Both the position numbers and the translations under genes were made by a program. Under the pieces are notes generated by a model. That model worked only from the letters and a program-made list of their open reading frames with translations, made no database searches and had not been told where the DNA came from. A DNA stretch of 64,000 nucleotides from an uncultured Trueperaceae bacterium (GTDB lineage: Bacteria > Deinococcota > Deinococci > Deinococcales > Trueperaceae), in contig CAWCXJ010000006.1 in NCBI GenBank assembly GCA_963799485.1, positions 64,001-128,000 on the forward strand. Direction: 5' to 3'. How positions within the stretch are numbered: position 1 is the first letter of the stretch; the number at the start of each line of letters is the position of its first letter. Positions 29,036 through 39,932 of the stretch are shown here, piece by piece.

Positions 29036-30309
29036 TTGGAGGTCAGCCACGCTGCCGTTACCCAACGCGCTCCGAAAGGTGCTGGTGCCCTTTGCGTGCT
29101 TGTTCACGAAATCGACCTGAGAGAGCAGGTGCTCGTGGTTGGGGCTGTGCTCACCCCGAGCAAACGAACGGTGACGGCTGCTCTGTGGGTTACGAGGTTA
29201 GCTCAGCAGGAGGGTTTTGCCAGGTACCGGTACCACCAAGTACTGAACCGAGCATCAGGGTCGGCCTTGAAGGCGAGCCGGATACGCCTTGGGTTGTTGC
29301 TCAGCGCCTTCGATGTAGGTGAACTGCTGGTATTTGGTATCGACGAAACGCTGGAGCGGCGTTGGGGCAGATTAAAGCCAAAGGCAGCTAGCGCAACGCC
29401 GTACGCTCGCGTCACCGCCATTTCGTGAAGTGCAGCGGCCTGCGCTGGGTCAACCTGACGTGGCTTGCACCGGTTCCCTGGGCTCCGCGCGTCTGGGCGC
29501 TACCTGCGCTTAGCGCTTTAGCTCTCCCGAGCGGTATACTATCAGGAGCGAGGTATCCACCACCAGAAACTCACTGTCTGGGCTGGACAAATCGCGGTAC
29601 TACTGCGCCGTTGGCTGCCCAAACGTCAAATTGTGATTGCTGCTGACAGCGGTCACAGCGCGCTCGACTTTTTGCACCACTGCCAACAGTTGGTTCGTCC
29701 CGTTACGCTCGTGACGCGTCTTCGCCTGGACGCAGCACTCTACAAGCCGGCACCTACCGCTCAGGACAACTGGGACGTCCGCGCCTCAAAGGGAAACAGC
29801 TGCTCACCTTAGCGAAGCGACCGGGTGATTCCGAAATTGCCTGGCAAGTGTCGAGTCAGTTATTACAACGGGTAAGAGAGAGCATAGGGGTCGCTTCAGC
29901 AACGGCAATCTGGTATCCCACCGGCAAACCACCCGTTTCCCTCCGCCGGCTTCTTAGCAGAGACCCCGACGGCAAGTTCGATCCCCAAGCACTGCTAAGT
30001 ACCGATGCCGACACCGAGCCGCTGCAGCTCGCCGAGTGGTTCATTCGCCGCCGGCACTTGGAAGTTACCTTTCAGGAAGTGCGCTTACACCTGGATGTGG
30101 AGATGCAAAGGCAACGCGCAGACCTCGCTATTACGCGCGCGACCCTCATTCTTTTCGGGCTCTTCTCGGTCGTAATTCTCGCAGCTCACGCGCTTTATTG
30201 GCAAGCGGGTTTCTCGCCACGTGCTGCGGCTTGGTATGGCAAACCGCCGCCTACTTTTTCGGAGCCTCTACTCGACCGCTTGGTAGACATGCTCTGCTAT
30301 GCCGCCTGA
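29036..30309 (+). mobile_element. IS701-like DDE transposase pseudogene
   Basis: Fragments in several frames: KRTVTAAL, FGIDETLERRWG, VKCSGLRWV, RVWALP, ADSG, TRLRLDAALY, RDPDGKFDPQALLSTD, EVTFQEVRLHL. Confidence 0.85.
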
Positions 30310-30385
30310 CCGTGCAAAGTCGAGCTTGGACGGCTCTTAATCGTCAAGCAGCTCCTCATGCAGCTGAGCATCCGGTTAGGGTAAA

Positions 30386-30820
30386 ATGAAAGAGATGAGT
30401 AAGCTTCTCTCCGCCTTCGCCGCCGACCCTGAAGAGCAGCGCTTCAGCAAAGCAGTTATAAATCTGCGTTCACTCGTTTTCGGTCCCTTAAGCGACGATC
30501 ACGTGCTTGCGTTGGCACTGCTACACGAGCTCGGCGAGCTGTATCAACAAGCTTTTAGCACAGATCAGGTGCTGCGGTGCTCGGCGCAGCGCTGTACCCA
30601 GGAAGAGGCGCTCTCGGCGCACCTGCGTGTGCTCGGTTTACCGTGCAGCATGACCGACTTGGAGCCGGAGCAGTTGGGGGCGCTTGTCAGCACGTGGGAA
30701 CCGCAGTGCAGCAGTCTGCCGCAGCCTTTCGACCGGACGATGCAGACGTTTGTTTCACACACCAAAATGTACCTCAGCGGAGGCAAATACACGCTCCTGT
30801 CTACGGCTGAAGGTACATGA
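30386..30820 (+). CDS. Hypothetical protein
   Basis: 144-aa ORF, no recognised motif. Confidence 0.45.
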   Translation: MKEMSKLLSAFAADPEEQRFSKAVINLRSLVFGPLSDDHVLALALLHELGELYQQAFSTDQVLRCSAQRCTQEEALSAHLRVLGLPCSMTDLEPEQLGALVSTWEPQCSSLPQPFDRTMQTFVSHTKMYLSGGKYTLLSTAEGT

Positions 30821-31039
30821 GAGCGCTAGAGTGCGCTGAGCTGAGCAAAACGTCCGGCTCCAAGACATTTGACGTACAACACACCAGCCGCTCCCCTAGG
30901 CTGCCTTGCTACTGCGGGTTTGTCCTGCCCCTCCGCAACATCTACTTTGACAATTCGTTTTCGTAAGTCCAGCTATGTTTATCAGGGCAACCCCCCGGAT
31001 TACAGTCAGCCTCGAGACGCGTACAGCGTCCGCGTGTAG

Positions 31040-31513
31040 TTAGGCGACGAACTCGAGCTTTAACGACGTATCATCGACCTCGCGCTCTTCGGAGGCGCAG
31101 ATGAGCCGCGCGTCCGCACCGTAACGGGTTCGCATCATCATCACGACGCTTTCAATCGGAGCCTGGGTGCGGGTCAAAAAGTCGCCGTTCAAGTAAACCT
31201 CTTTGTCCATCAGGAGTTCGGGAGTGACAAGGCCGAACGAGCCGTTGAGCTGTTCTAACGCACCCTGCGCCTTGGCGACGACTTCGCTCAGGTCGCGGTG
31301 CAGCGAAAAAAACGAGATGATGCGTTCGCGCTCTCCTTCGGTCATGTATTTGGCAGAGTATGAGCCGGTCAGCTGATGCAGAAGTTTCTGGTACTGCACC
31401 GGCGTAAGCTCCAACTCATCGCGCAAGGCGTGAATGGCCTGAAGCTGGTTTAAGTAGTGCGGATAGTCTTGTTTAAGGCCACGGGGCGGGTGGTCTTGGA
31501 GTATCTGTTCCAT
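31040..31513 (-). CDS. Hypothetical protein with N-terminal phage Mu GemA/Gp16-like motif
   Basis: QLQAIHALRDELELTPVQYQKLLHQLTGSYSAKYMTEGERERII; TATACT 5 nt before ATG. Confidence 0.6.
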   Translation of the reverse strand: MEQILQDHPPRGLKQDYPHYLNQLQAIHALRDELELTPVQYQKLLHQLTGSYSAKYMTEGERERIISFFSLHRDLSEVVAKAQGALEQLNGSFGLVTPELLMDKEVYLNGDFLTRTQAPIESVVMMMRTRYGADARLICASEEREVDDTSLKLEFVA

Positions 31514-31532
31514 GCCAAAGTATACACCAAAA

Positions 31533-31551
31533 TACCTTAATTGCTAAGGTA
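31533..31551. promoter_or_regulatory. Palindromic putative operator TACCTTA-N5-TAAGGTA
   Basis: Perfect 7-bp inverted repeat upstream of the -10 of the GemA-like gene. Confidence 0.45.
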
Positions 31552-31627
31552 CAAAGCGACATTTCCGCCACTTCTACACTTCAGAAAAAACCCGTGTCAC
31601 GAGAATTTTCTATGTTACAGAGGCAAG

Positions 31628-32158
31628 CTACGGCGCTGTCACAGAACGTTTCAAAGTAATGCCAAAACACTCAGCTGGAGGACATGAAGCAATCTCATCA
31701 GGGTCGTCTATATTGAGAGGCTTAACACCACCTTCATAGATAATTCTCAGCGGTTCCTCGTTATTTCGCGGCCTGTAAGCAGCAGCGTACAGGTAACGTG
31801 GCGGCTCGCTAGCCGTAGTAGCGTAAAAGAGGTCGTCTGAAGTAATAAGGGCTGCCTGAGGTGAGAGGTATTTGACCCTGTGCCCGTAAACCTCGCCATC
31901 AATAGCTACAGCCTCCTCTCCTACAAAGGTAACGTTTCCTGAAACTTTATAGTTTTCGCCAGCTATGTAGGTTGCCCGAAGGTCGAAGTTGGCAACAAGC
32001 GCGCCCGTAGCGTCTTTGGCTATCCACGCGCCGCGTAGAATAAGGGGATCGTTGGCAAAATCGACTCTGACATCTGGCTCGGTACATGCGCCGAGCAGCA
32101 AGGCGCAGGCAGCCAAAGCCACCCGCGAGCCCGCTGTAGTCAGCTTATTTTTTAGCAC
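31628..32158 (-). CDS. Hypothetical lipoprotein
   Basis: Lipobox LLGAC; start overlaps the GH3 stop; more AT-rich than neighbours. Confidence 0.65.
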   Translation of the reverse strand: MLKNKLTTAGSRVALAACALLLGACTEPDVRVDFANDPLILRGAWIAKDATGALVANFDLRATYIAGENYKVSGNVTFVGEEAVAIDGEVYGHRVKYLSPQAALITSDDLFYATTASEPPRYLYAAAYRPRNNEEPLRIIYEGGVKPLNIDDPDEIASCPPAECFGITLKRSVTAP

Positions 32159-34610
32159 CGACAGGCTCCGTCCATGTTTCGCTCAAAGTGAATGACGCTT
32201 TAGCCCGAATATCATCCGACGACGCGCCGACTAAAACCTCAAACTCACCCTTTTCGGCAACCCAGGCGTTTTGCTGGTCGTCGAAATAGGCCAGCGCCCG
32301 CATGTTGAGGCTGAAGGTGGCGACTTTGGTTTCTTTGGGTTCCAAAGCTACCTTCACAAAGCCCTTGAGTTCTTTTTTGGGCCGCTCCAAGCTCGCTTCA
32401 ACATCCTTCACGTAAAGCTGCAGAGCTTCCTGCCCCGCGCGGTCGCCGCTGTTGGTTACTGGAACGCTGACCTGAAGTGTTTCGCCCGCGCCTAGCTCAT
32501 CGGCTGAAAGCGTTACGTCGCCATACTCAAAGGTCGTATACGACAGGCCAAAGCCAAACGGAAAGAGCGGTTTGATACCCTCGTGTTCAAAATGCCGGTA
32601 GCCGATAAAGATACCCTCGCGGTAGAAGACCTGACCGTTTTCGCCCGGATAGGTCGAGGCTTGGCCGTCCATCACCGGCGAATCCGAGAGTTTTGCGGGG
32701 AACGTTTGCGGCAGCTTGCCCGACGGGTTGACGTTGCCTAACAGCACGTCCGCCGCCGCGTTGCCGCACTCTTGACCGGGATACCAGAGCTGCACGACGG
32801 CGGCGACCTCATCCAGCCACGGCATCGTCACCGGAGAGCCGGTTTGCAGCAGCACGACGGTATTGGGGTTGGCAGCCGCAACGCGGGAGACGAGTTCGTT
32901 TTGTTCCCCGACCAGCGCCATATCAGCGCGGTCGTTGCCTTCGGTTTCCCACTCGCCGTTGAGTCCGACACAGACAATCGCCACGTCCGAAGCGGCAGCC
33001 AGCTTAGCGGCGCGGTCTAACGCGTCGTCCGGCAGCGGTTTGAATATCCCGGTACGAACGGCTGAAAGACCGAACTCACCGGCAGCTTTGGGGGCGAACT
33101 CGAGCCGCAGCTCATGCTCGCCCGCCTCCAACTGCACCTGTTCCAGTTTTTCCTCGCTCCCCGACCCGAAAAAGGCGTCGCCCTGCGTCCAGCCGTCCCA
33201 GTTGTCTACAACCAGTTCACCGTCTACAAACAACCGGCTCAAGCCTGCACTCACAAGGTCGAACTGATACGCGCCCGCGTCGTCCAGGTGAAGCGTTCCG
33301 CTAAAGCGCGCTGAAAATTCCTGCTCGACACCGTGACCGACCGAATCGAGCCACATCATCTGCGCGTCCGGCACTTGGGTCGTGTAGACCGGTTTACCGG
33401 AAAGCTCGGGGGAATTGAAGTATTCGACCTTCAGCTCACCGGCTAGCTGCTCGCTCAGAAGTGGCAACAGCTTGTGGTTGGTACACCCAAGTTCGTAACC
33501 CAGCTTGGCTTCACCTAGCTGTTCTTTGAGACCGTCAAACGGTGAGACGCGGTAGTGCGCGTTGACCTGCGCGCTGCCGCCGCCCATAATCTGCGCGGTC
33601 TTGGCGTTCGGCCCGATGATAGCGACCTTTTTTACGGTGTCTTTGTCGAGCGGCAACACACCGTTATTTTTAAGCAGCACTGCCCCTTCCGCTCCGGCCC
33701 GCCGGATGAGCGCGCGGTGTTCGGGTCTGTCGTCGGCACGCTCTTCGGGGATGTCGGGGTTTTCAAACGCCCCGACACGCTCAAAAAGTTTGAGGAGACG
33801 TTCACTGCTCCGTTTTACGGCGTCTTCATCGGCAGAACCGTTTTCGACGGCCTCCAAGAGCTTTTCCCCACGATATTTGGCCGGGCCGGGCATCTCGAGG
33901 TCTAACCCTGCGTTGATGGACGGCGCAGTCGAGTGCGTCGCAAACCAGTCGGACATCACCAGCCCGTCGAAGCCCCACTCGTCACGTAAAATCTCGGTCA
34001 AAAAGCGCTTGTTTTCACTTGCGTAGGTGCCGCCGAGCTTGTTGTACGAACACATCACCGCCCATACGCCCGCCCTGACCGCCGCTTCAAACGGCAGCAG
34101 ATAGAGCTCGCGGAGCGCCCGTTCGGGGATTTCCGACGAGATCGTCATCCGCTCGAACTCGGACTCGTTCCCGACGAAGTGCTTGAGGGTCGCGCTGACG
34201 CCCCGGCTCTGCAGACCCTCGATATACGCGACGCCCAAGCACGCCGTTAAAAACGGGTCTTCGGAGTAGCACTCGAAGTTGCGTCCGTTAAGCGCGCCCC
34301 GGTGCAGGTTGACCGTCGGCGCGAGTAGCACCCTAGCCCCTTTGGAGAGCGTTTCCTCCGCCAACGCCTGCCCAACCTCTTCGACGAGCGCCGTGTTCCA
34401 CGTTGCGGCGAGCGCAATTCCGGCGGGAAAACACGCCGCGCTTACGCCCCCGACGAGCGCCCCGCCACCCCTTGCCCCATTCGGCCCGTCCGAAACCTTG
34501 ACTGCCGGAACGCCCGCGCGTTCTACCGGAACCGTAATCCAAAATGAATCTCCCGCTAAAAGTGCAACCTGCTCTTCCAAGCTGAGCGCCTCTGCTGCTG
34601 CTCTGTCCAT
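32145..34610 (-). CDS. GH3 beta-glucosidase with PA14 and Fn3-like domains
   Basis: SDGPNGARG, GRNFECYSEDP, KHFV, VMSDW, PA14 insert, PLFPFGFGLSYT, RPKKELKGF; start ATG 34610. Confidence 0.93.
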   Translation of the reverse strand: MDRAAAEALSLEEQVALLAGDSFWITVPVERAGVPAVKVSDGPNGARGGGALVGGVSAACFPAGIALAATWNTALVEEVGQALAEETLSKGARVLLAPTVNLHRGALNGRNFECYSEDPFLTACLGVAYIEGLQSRGVSATLKHFVGNESEFERMTISSEIPERALRELYLLPFEAAVRAGVWAVMCSYNKLGGTYASENKRFLTEILRDEWGFDGLVMSDWFATHSTAPSINAGLDLEMPGPAKYRGEKLLEAVENGSADEDAVKRSSERLLKLFERVGAFENPDIPEERADDRPEHRALIRRAGAEGAVLLKNNGVLPLDKDTVKKVAIIGPNAKTAQIMGGGSAQVNAHYRVSPFDGLKEQLGEAKLGYELGCTNHKLLPLLSEQLAGELKVEYFNSPELSGKPVYTTQVPDAQMMWLDSVGHGVEQEFSARFSGTLHLDDAGAYQFDLVSAGLSRLFVDGELVVDNWDGWTQGDAFFGSGSEEKLEQVQLEAGEHELRLEFAPKAAGEFGLSAVRTGIFKPLPDDALDRAAKLAAASDVAIVCVGLNGEWETEGNDRADMALVGEQNELVSRVAAANPNTVVLLQTGSPVTMPWLDEVAAVVQLWYPGQECGNAAADVLLGNVNPSGKLPQTFPAKLSDSPVMDGQASTYPGENGQVFYREGIFIGYRHFEHEGIKPLFPFGFGLSYTTFEYGDVTLSADELGAGETLQVSVPVTNSGDRAGQEALQLYVKDVEASLERPKKELKGFVKVALEPKETKVATFSLNMRALAYFDDQQNAWVAEKGEFEVLVGASSDDIRAKASFTLSETWTEPVGAKK

Positions 34611-34852
34611 GTAATACCCCTTTCTGAGCTGTGCTGAGATTATACGGGGTAGAGCGGCGAGAAGGGCAGCAGGCGATAGCTTTGGGCGGGGCTCGAGCAA
34701 AAGCGCAACTACACTACGAGGTTGAACAGCAAATATTTTACTCACCTTACGCGGCGGCCTTGAACTGCAACCATCTAAGTTCACTAAAGGAGGCCTGTAA
34801 AGCTTTGAGATAAACAGCACTTCCAAAAGCAGCTGAACCAAAGTAAGCCACC

Positions 34853-35857
34853 ATGATGAAGGGCTATTCACTAGATTTACGAAGGTGGATTGTTACAGCT
34901 GTAGCAGCTGGGCAGAGCAAGACAGCTGTAAGTGAACGCTTTGGGGTAAGTCACTCTACGGTTAAACGTTATGTTAAACGGCAAGAGCAACGACGACCTG
35001 CGCCGAGCTAACGCCCTGGGCGGCGACGCCTGCTTGATAAAGCTTGTGAAGGGTTGCGGCAACGAGTCAAGACACATCAGAACTGGACGCCCGAGCAACA
35101 TGCTGAAGCGTTGACTGAAGAGACAGGTATCCCAATCAAGAAATCGTCGATAGGTAACTACCCAAAACGGCTGGGATCACGCGTAAGTTAAGTCCAAAGG
35201 CCCCCGGACTTATCCTCAAAAGAGCTTCATTGCCACAGAACGAGACGAAGGAACACGCGAAAGCTACCTCACCGAGGTAGTCGAAAAAGCTACCAGGACG
35301 CTGGTGTTTATAGACGAAACGAGCGCCTATGTTGTACTAGGCCCACTAGGGCCGGGCTCGTTCCCGTACTAGGACAGAGCCGCGAGTACGGCTGGGCAGC
35401 AAGCTGTGAGCGTGTTTGCAATACAAAAGCTAAAGGCCAGAAAGAACGGGTCAGCCTTATTGCTGCGACCAGCTTAGATGGTTCGGTGGCGGAGCAAGCT
35501 TTAGTTGTCTTAGACACGGTGAACAAAAACGCTTTCCTGAGCTTTCTCGAGTCCTTCCTACTCCCGACCCTTGCCGAGGGTAGCATTTTAGACTTGGACA
35601 ACTGGAGCGTGCATCATGGTGAGGAAGTCAGAGAGCTGGTCGAAACGTATGGCTGTGAGCTACGCTACCTCCCTACTTACTCGCCCGACCTAAATCTTAC
35701 CGAACACCTATTTGCCAAGCTCAAAGCCTTCATCAAAAGCCTGCGGCCTGAAACTGCTGAAAAACTCGCTGAAGCCTTTTGCAACGCCGTCAAAACGGTT
35801 ACACCTGAAAACGTCCTCAACTCATTCCAGCACTGCGGCTATGAAGCGGATCAGTAA
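34853..35857 (+). mobile_element. IS630-family transposase pseudogene
   Basis: N-terminal MKGYSLDLRRWIV...RFGVSHSTVKRY HTH with an internal stop, LVFIDET, LDNWSVHH, YLPTYSPDLN; partial IR GCACTTCCA/TGGAGGTGC. Confidence 0.88.
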
Positions 35858-36390
35858 ATCGTGGAGGTGCCAAAGCTAAAGAATTGGGGTGAGTATCGAT
35901 ACAACCGTGCGGTTGTAACGAAACTACCAACCGAAACCCCGAAAGCAAGCTGGGCCGCAGCCAAACCGGGCAAAATCTGCAAAAATAAGACATGAGCGAT
36001 CTTAAGCACACATCCGAAGATGTCCGTCAGATGATACGAGAAATTGAAAATACGCACGCCGACGTGATTCAGATGAGCACCGCCGAAATTGCCTGAAACA
36101 AAGATGTCGTCTACCAGCACGTCCGCTGTACCCGCTTTATCGAGATGGTCGATAGCTTGAGCTGGGTGTTGAGCGAAACGACCGACAAATCGAAGTATCC
36201 GTGTATGGAGGGTTAGTCCGAGGCGTTGGCGAAAGCCGGAATCCCGCCGTGGGCCGAGAATGAACCCGCCTAAACAGCTTGTTGTAAGACGCTGAGACAA
36301 AAGTCAGGGCAAGCTCGAGCAAGAAGCTTGTATTTAGTCCATTCCTAACCCGCACCGACACCAAAAATTCTCCTAAAGAAGGGGCCAACG

Positions 36391-36627
36391 ATGTCGCAAC
36401 ATGAAGACTACACCGCCGACCAGATGGACGCGATCTGGGTCGCGTATCAAACTCAGGGGCGCGCGCTCTGCCCCTACTGTGACAACATTTTAGCGCTCAA
36501 GCTCGAGAGTGACCCGGCAGAAAACGGGGGGCACGACCCGCTTATCTCAGTTGACTGTACCGGTTGTGGGCGGCACGGGACCAACGATCCTGCCAAGCGC
36601 AACCACTCCGAGCAAGACCCGGTTTGA
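36391..36627 (+). CDS. Small zinc-ribbon protein
   Basis: CPYC and CTGC pairs; AAGGGG RBS. Confidence 0.6.
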   Translation: MSQHEDYTADQMDAIWVAYQTQGRALCPYCDNILALKLESDPAENGGHDPLISVDCTGCGRHGTNDPAKRNHSEQDPV

Positions 36628-37012
36628 TTTTTTGTCGACCTACCAAGCGAAAGGCGTAGGATAAGCGGGCTCCAGCTTGTCATTGCGTATGTGAGTAGGT
36701 CGGCCTTTGGATATTAAAGTATTTCCGCCCCTAGTACGTGGACATCCAGCTTTGGCCTAGCTGCCATCTTGGTAGTTTGCGCGGCAGCCTGTTGTGACTG
36801 GCGTAGACTGCCTTTGTAGGCACGTAGGCACAACCCGTGTAACTTGGCGCGTTATTTTGGCGTGCTTTTCGCTGTAATAGGCGCCGTTATCTTGAAAGCG
36901 AGCTAAAACCACATTTTACCTATGTTGCAGCAGTTTCCAGCTTGGCTTGTACCGTTTTGAATGCATCCATGAGGTCACACCTTACGCACCTTACGGTTTG
37001 ATACTATGATGT

Positions 37013-37720
37013 GTGCGTGCTGTATTATGTTGTCTTTTGTTTCTACTTGTCTCCGGCGTTTCAGCCGAGCGCTGGACGATTCAGGTGTTCGCCTACGGGC
37101 AGGGTTCGCGCGCCGAACAAATTGCCGAGCAGCTGCGCGGGGTCGGTTACGACGCTTACACGGACGCCGCGCCGGGGGGGACGCTCGAGCAGGTCAGGAT
37201 CGGCTGTTTCGGTGCGCAGGCCGACGCCGGCGCTTTGCTGCAAGATGTGCGGCAGCGGGTGGCACTCGACGCGCTCGTCGTGCCCCTCTCAGAAGACGCC
37301 GAGCCGACGGTTTGCATAGAGCGCGAGCTGGGGTTTATTCCGCCTGAAAACTGGGGGCTCGAGTCGAGCAGCCGGCGTCAAGTAACCTTCTGGTTGGAGG
37401 TCGGTTCAGACAGTGGGCGGCGCAGCATTACCTTCGACGGTGAACGCTGGATGCTAGGGCAGGCCGAAGGTGACCGTTCAGACGTGACGCCCAATGACCT
37501 CGACTGGTTGGACGTGCCGGTCGAGTTATCTGTAGCCCCGCCGTCCGGCCTCGCGGCAACGTTTCGTGCGACCCGGAGCCGGGGCTTGCCCCTTATCCGC
37601 GCCGACCTCGGCGGCGGGTCGCTGCTCGTCACCGCCGGAGAGCTGCTCTGGCGTTCGGCGCGGGCCGCTGTCGTGCAGCAAGGCGCAGATGTCTTTGCGC
37701 TCAGGCTCTACAGGCCGTAA
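37013..37720 (+). CDS. Exported SPOR-domain-like protein
   Basis: Signal peptide; WTIQVFAY...AEQLRGVGYDAY...QVRIGCF. Confidence 0.7.
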   Translation: MRAVLCCLLFLLVSGVSAERWTIQVFAYGQGSRAEQIAEQLRGVGYDAYTDAAPGGTLEQVRIGCFGAQADAGALLQDVRQRVALDALVVPLSEDAEPTVCIERELGFIPPENWGLESSSRRQVTFWLEVGSDSGRRSITFDGERWMLGQAEGDRSDVTPNDLDWLDVPVELSVAPPSGLAATFRATRSRGLPLIRADLGGGSLLVTAGELLWRSARAAVVQQGADVFALRLYRP

Positions 37721-37729
37721 GGTATAAGG

Positions 37730-38587
37730 GTGAGATTCGTCGTCTTATCGGGGCTTTCGGGGGCGGGCCGCACAACTGCGCTGGCCGCCCTTGAAGACCT
37801 CGGCTACTTTACCGCCGACAACGTGCCGCCCGCCCTGTGGGACGAGCTGGTCTCTCAGGCCGGCCCGGTACAACCACGGGTCGCTGTCGGCGTCGGGGTC
37901 CGCACGGCGGCTTTTTTACCCAAGCTCAGCGAGGCGCTGGGCTCGTTACGTTCACGCGATATTCATCCTGAAGTCGTCTTTTTAGACGCGTCCGACGAAG
38001 TGCTCGTCAAGCGTTACAACTTCACCCGCCGTACCCACCCGCTCGGTTACGCGCCGCTGCAACAAGATATCGCCCGTGAGCGCGTGGTGTTGGGTGACCT
38101 CAGGGCCGTTGCCGACACCGTACTCGATACCTCTAGCCTCTCGGCTCGAGAGCTAACTGAAGAACTTCGCCTGCGCTTCGGCGATGAGCGCAAGTTTCGC
38201 CTCAGGCTCTCATCGTTCGGGTTTAAGCGGGGCGTTCCAATCGACGCCGACAACGTGTTCGACCTGCGCTCATTGCCGAACCCCTACTACGACCCGGCCC
38301 TGCGTCACAAAAGCGGCAAAGACCCGGAGGTCGCCGCTTACGTTTTTACCGCCGAGGGATTGGCTTTTTACACCGAACTGCGCGAGTTCGTCAGGCTGCT
38401 GGCGACCCGCGCGCTGGTGACGGGGCGCTCGAGCTACACCGTCGCCGTCGGGTGTACAGGCGGTCAGCACCGCTCGGTCGCCTTTGCCGAACGCCTCAAG
38501 CATGACCTCGCCGACGTTTTTGCCACCTACGCCGAACACCGCGACCTGGCGCTGGCCCTAGCCGAACACGGGGTCGCGCGTGGCTAG
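37730..38587 (+). CDS. rapZ: RNase adapter RapZ/YvcJ P-loop protein
   Basis: SGLSGAGRT, LEDLGY..DN, SFGFKRG, LPNPYY, GCTGGQHRSV. Confidence 0.95.
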   Translation: MRFVVLSGLSGAGRTTALAALEDLGYFTADNVPPALWDELVSQAGPVQPRVAVGVGVRTAAFLPKLSEALGSLRSRDIHPEVVFLDASDEVLVKRYNFTRRTHPLGYAPLQQDIARERVVLGDLRAVADTVLDTSSLSARELTEELRLRFGDERKFRLRLSSFGFKRGVPIDADNVFDLRSLPNPYYDPALRHKSGKDPEVAAYVFTAEGLAFYTELREFVRLLATRALVTGRSSYTVAVGCTGGQHRSVAFAERLKHDLADVFATYAEHRDLALALAEHGVARG

Positions 38588-39932
38588 GCCGCTCAGTCCC
38601 GGAGAGCTTTCCCGCACACCGGAGAGGCGGTGGGGGCGTCTTGGCAACCTCCGCTACTGGCTGATGCCGGGGATGGGCGTCAAACGGCACATCGCCGTCA
38701 TCGGCGCGGGCGTCGGCGTGCTGCTTGTCGGGGTGCTGCTGGGCGCGTTCTGGCTTTGGGGCAACGGCTACCTGCTGAGCCCGCTCGGGCGCGCTAGCGA
38801 CAGTTTGGGGTGGCGACGTTGGGGCGGCCTGTTGGCACTTTTTCTGCTCATCGGCGGCAGCACACTGGCGATAGTGGCGGTAGGCCGCCTTAACCGCTCG
38901 CTCTTGTCTAACTGGATGCCCAAACCGCGTGACGCCGCCGTACTCTTGCACCGCCGCGTGTCGCTCGCCAAAGGGCCGCGCGTGGTGGCGTTCGGTGGCG
39001 GCACCGGACTTTCCAACCTTTTACGGGGGCTACGGCACTACACCTCGAACATTACGGCGGTGGTGTCGGTCAGCGACGACGGCGGCTCTTCGGGGCGGCT
39101 CCGGGAAGCCTACGGGATTCCGGCACCGGGCGACCTGACCGACTGTCTGGCGGCGCTCTCGGACAACGAACTTCACGTGTCGCAACTGCTCGAGTACCGC
39201 TACGCGCGCGGCGGTGAGCTTAAAGGCCACACCTTCGGCAACCTTTTGATCACTACCCTGACCGAGGTCGAAGGCGACTTTGCGCGGGCGGTGCGCGTCT
39301 TGAATTCGCTCCTGAATATCTGCGGCGCGGTCTACCCGGTTACGACCGAACCGACGACGCTCAAGGTGCTTAAACGCTCCGGCGAGACCGTATTGGGTGA
39401 GAGCAATGTTCGCAGCACGCCCGGAGCTGTAGCGCGGGTGGCGCTCGAGCCCCCAGGCCCCACGCTTGTTCCCGACGTCGGCTTGGCCCTCGCCGCCGCC
39501 GACGTGATCGTCTTGGGGCCGGGCAGTTTGTTTACCAGTACGCTCCCGCCGCTTTTGGTACCGGGCAGCCGCGAGGCTATCTTGGCGTCGCGGGCGTCGC
39601 TCGTTTATGTTTGCAACGTAATGACCGAGGCCGGCGAGACAGACGGTTTTAGCGCCTGGGAACACGTCGAGGCGCTCTACGCACATCTGGGGCGTTATCC
39701 CGACTGGGTGGTCATCAATACCGGTGAGGTCAACGCCGAACGTCTGCAGCGCTACCACGCCGAGGGTGCCGAGGTCGTCGTGTACGACCCGGCGCCTTTT
39801 AGGGCGGCGGATATCGAGGTAGCGACGCTCAACCTCTTAAGTGGCGGCCTCCAGGCCGGGCACGATTCGCAGCGGCTCGCCCGCTGGCTTTACGCGTTTT
39901 GCAAACAGGTGAGGACGAACGCGGGTGCTTGA
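38580..39932 (+). CDS. yvcK: YvcK/GlmR (CofD-like) protein with N-terminal TM region
   Basis: GGGTGL, DDGGSSGRLR, GHTFGNL, GPGSLFTS, NVMTEAGETDG. Confidence 0.93.
   Translation: MARPLSPGELSRTPERRWGRLGNLRYWLMPGMGVKRHIAVIGAGVGVLLVGVLLGAFWLWGNGYLLSPLGRASDSLGWRRWGGLLALFLLIGGSTLAIVAVGRLNRSLLSNWMPKPRDAAVLLHRRVSLAKGPRVVAFGGGTGLSNLLRGLRHYTSNITAVVSVSDDGGSSGRLREAYGIPAPGDLTDCLAALSDNELHVSQLLEYRYARGGELKGHTFGNLLITTLTEVEGDFARAVRVLNSLLNICGAVYPVTTEPTTLKVLKRSGETVLGESNVRSTPGAVARVALEPPGPTLVPDVGLALAAADVIVLGPGSLFTSTLPPLLVPGSREAILASRASLVYVCNVMTEAGETDGFSAWEHVEALYAHLGRYPDWVVINTGEVNAERLQRYHAEGAEVVVYDPAPFRAADIEVATLNLLSGGLQAGHDSQRLARWLYAFCKQVRTNAGA

Noticed and set aside
34611..34871. N-terminal extension of the GH3 ORF
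   Set aside because: Non-homologous, runs into the IS630 remnant; ATG 34610 has a purine-rich upstream site
39030..39758. 242-aa minus-strand ORF
   Set aside because: Antisense shadow of yvcK
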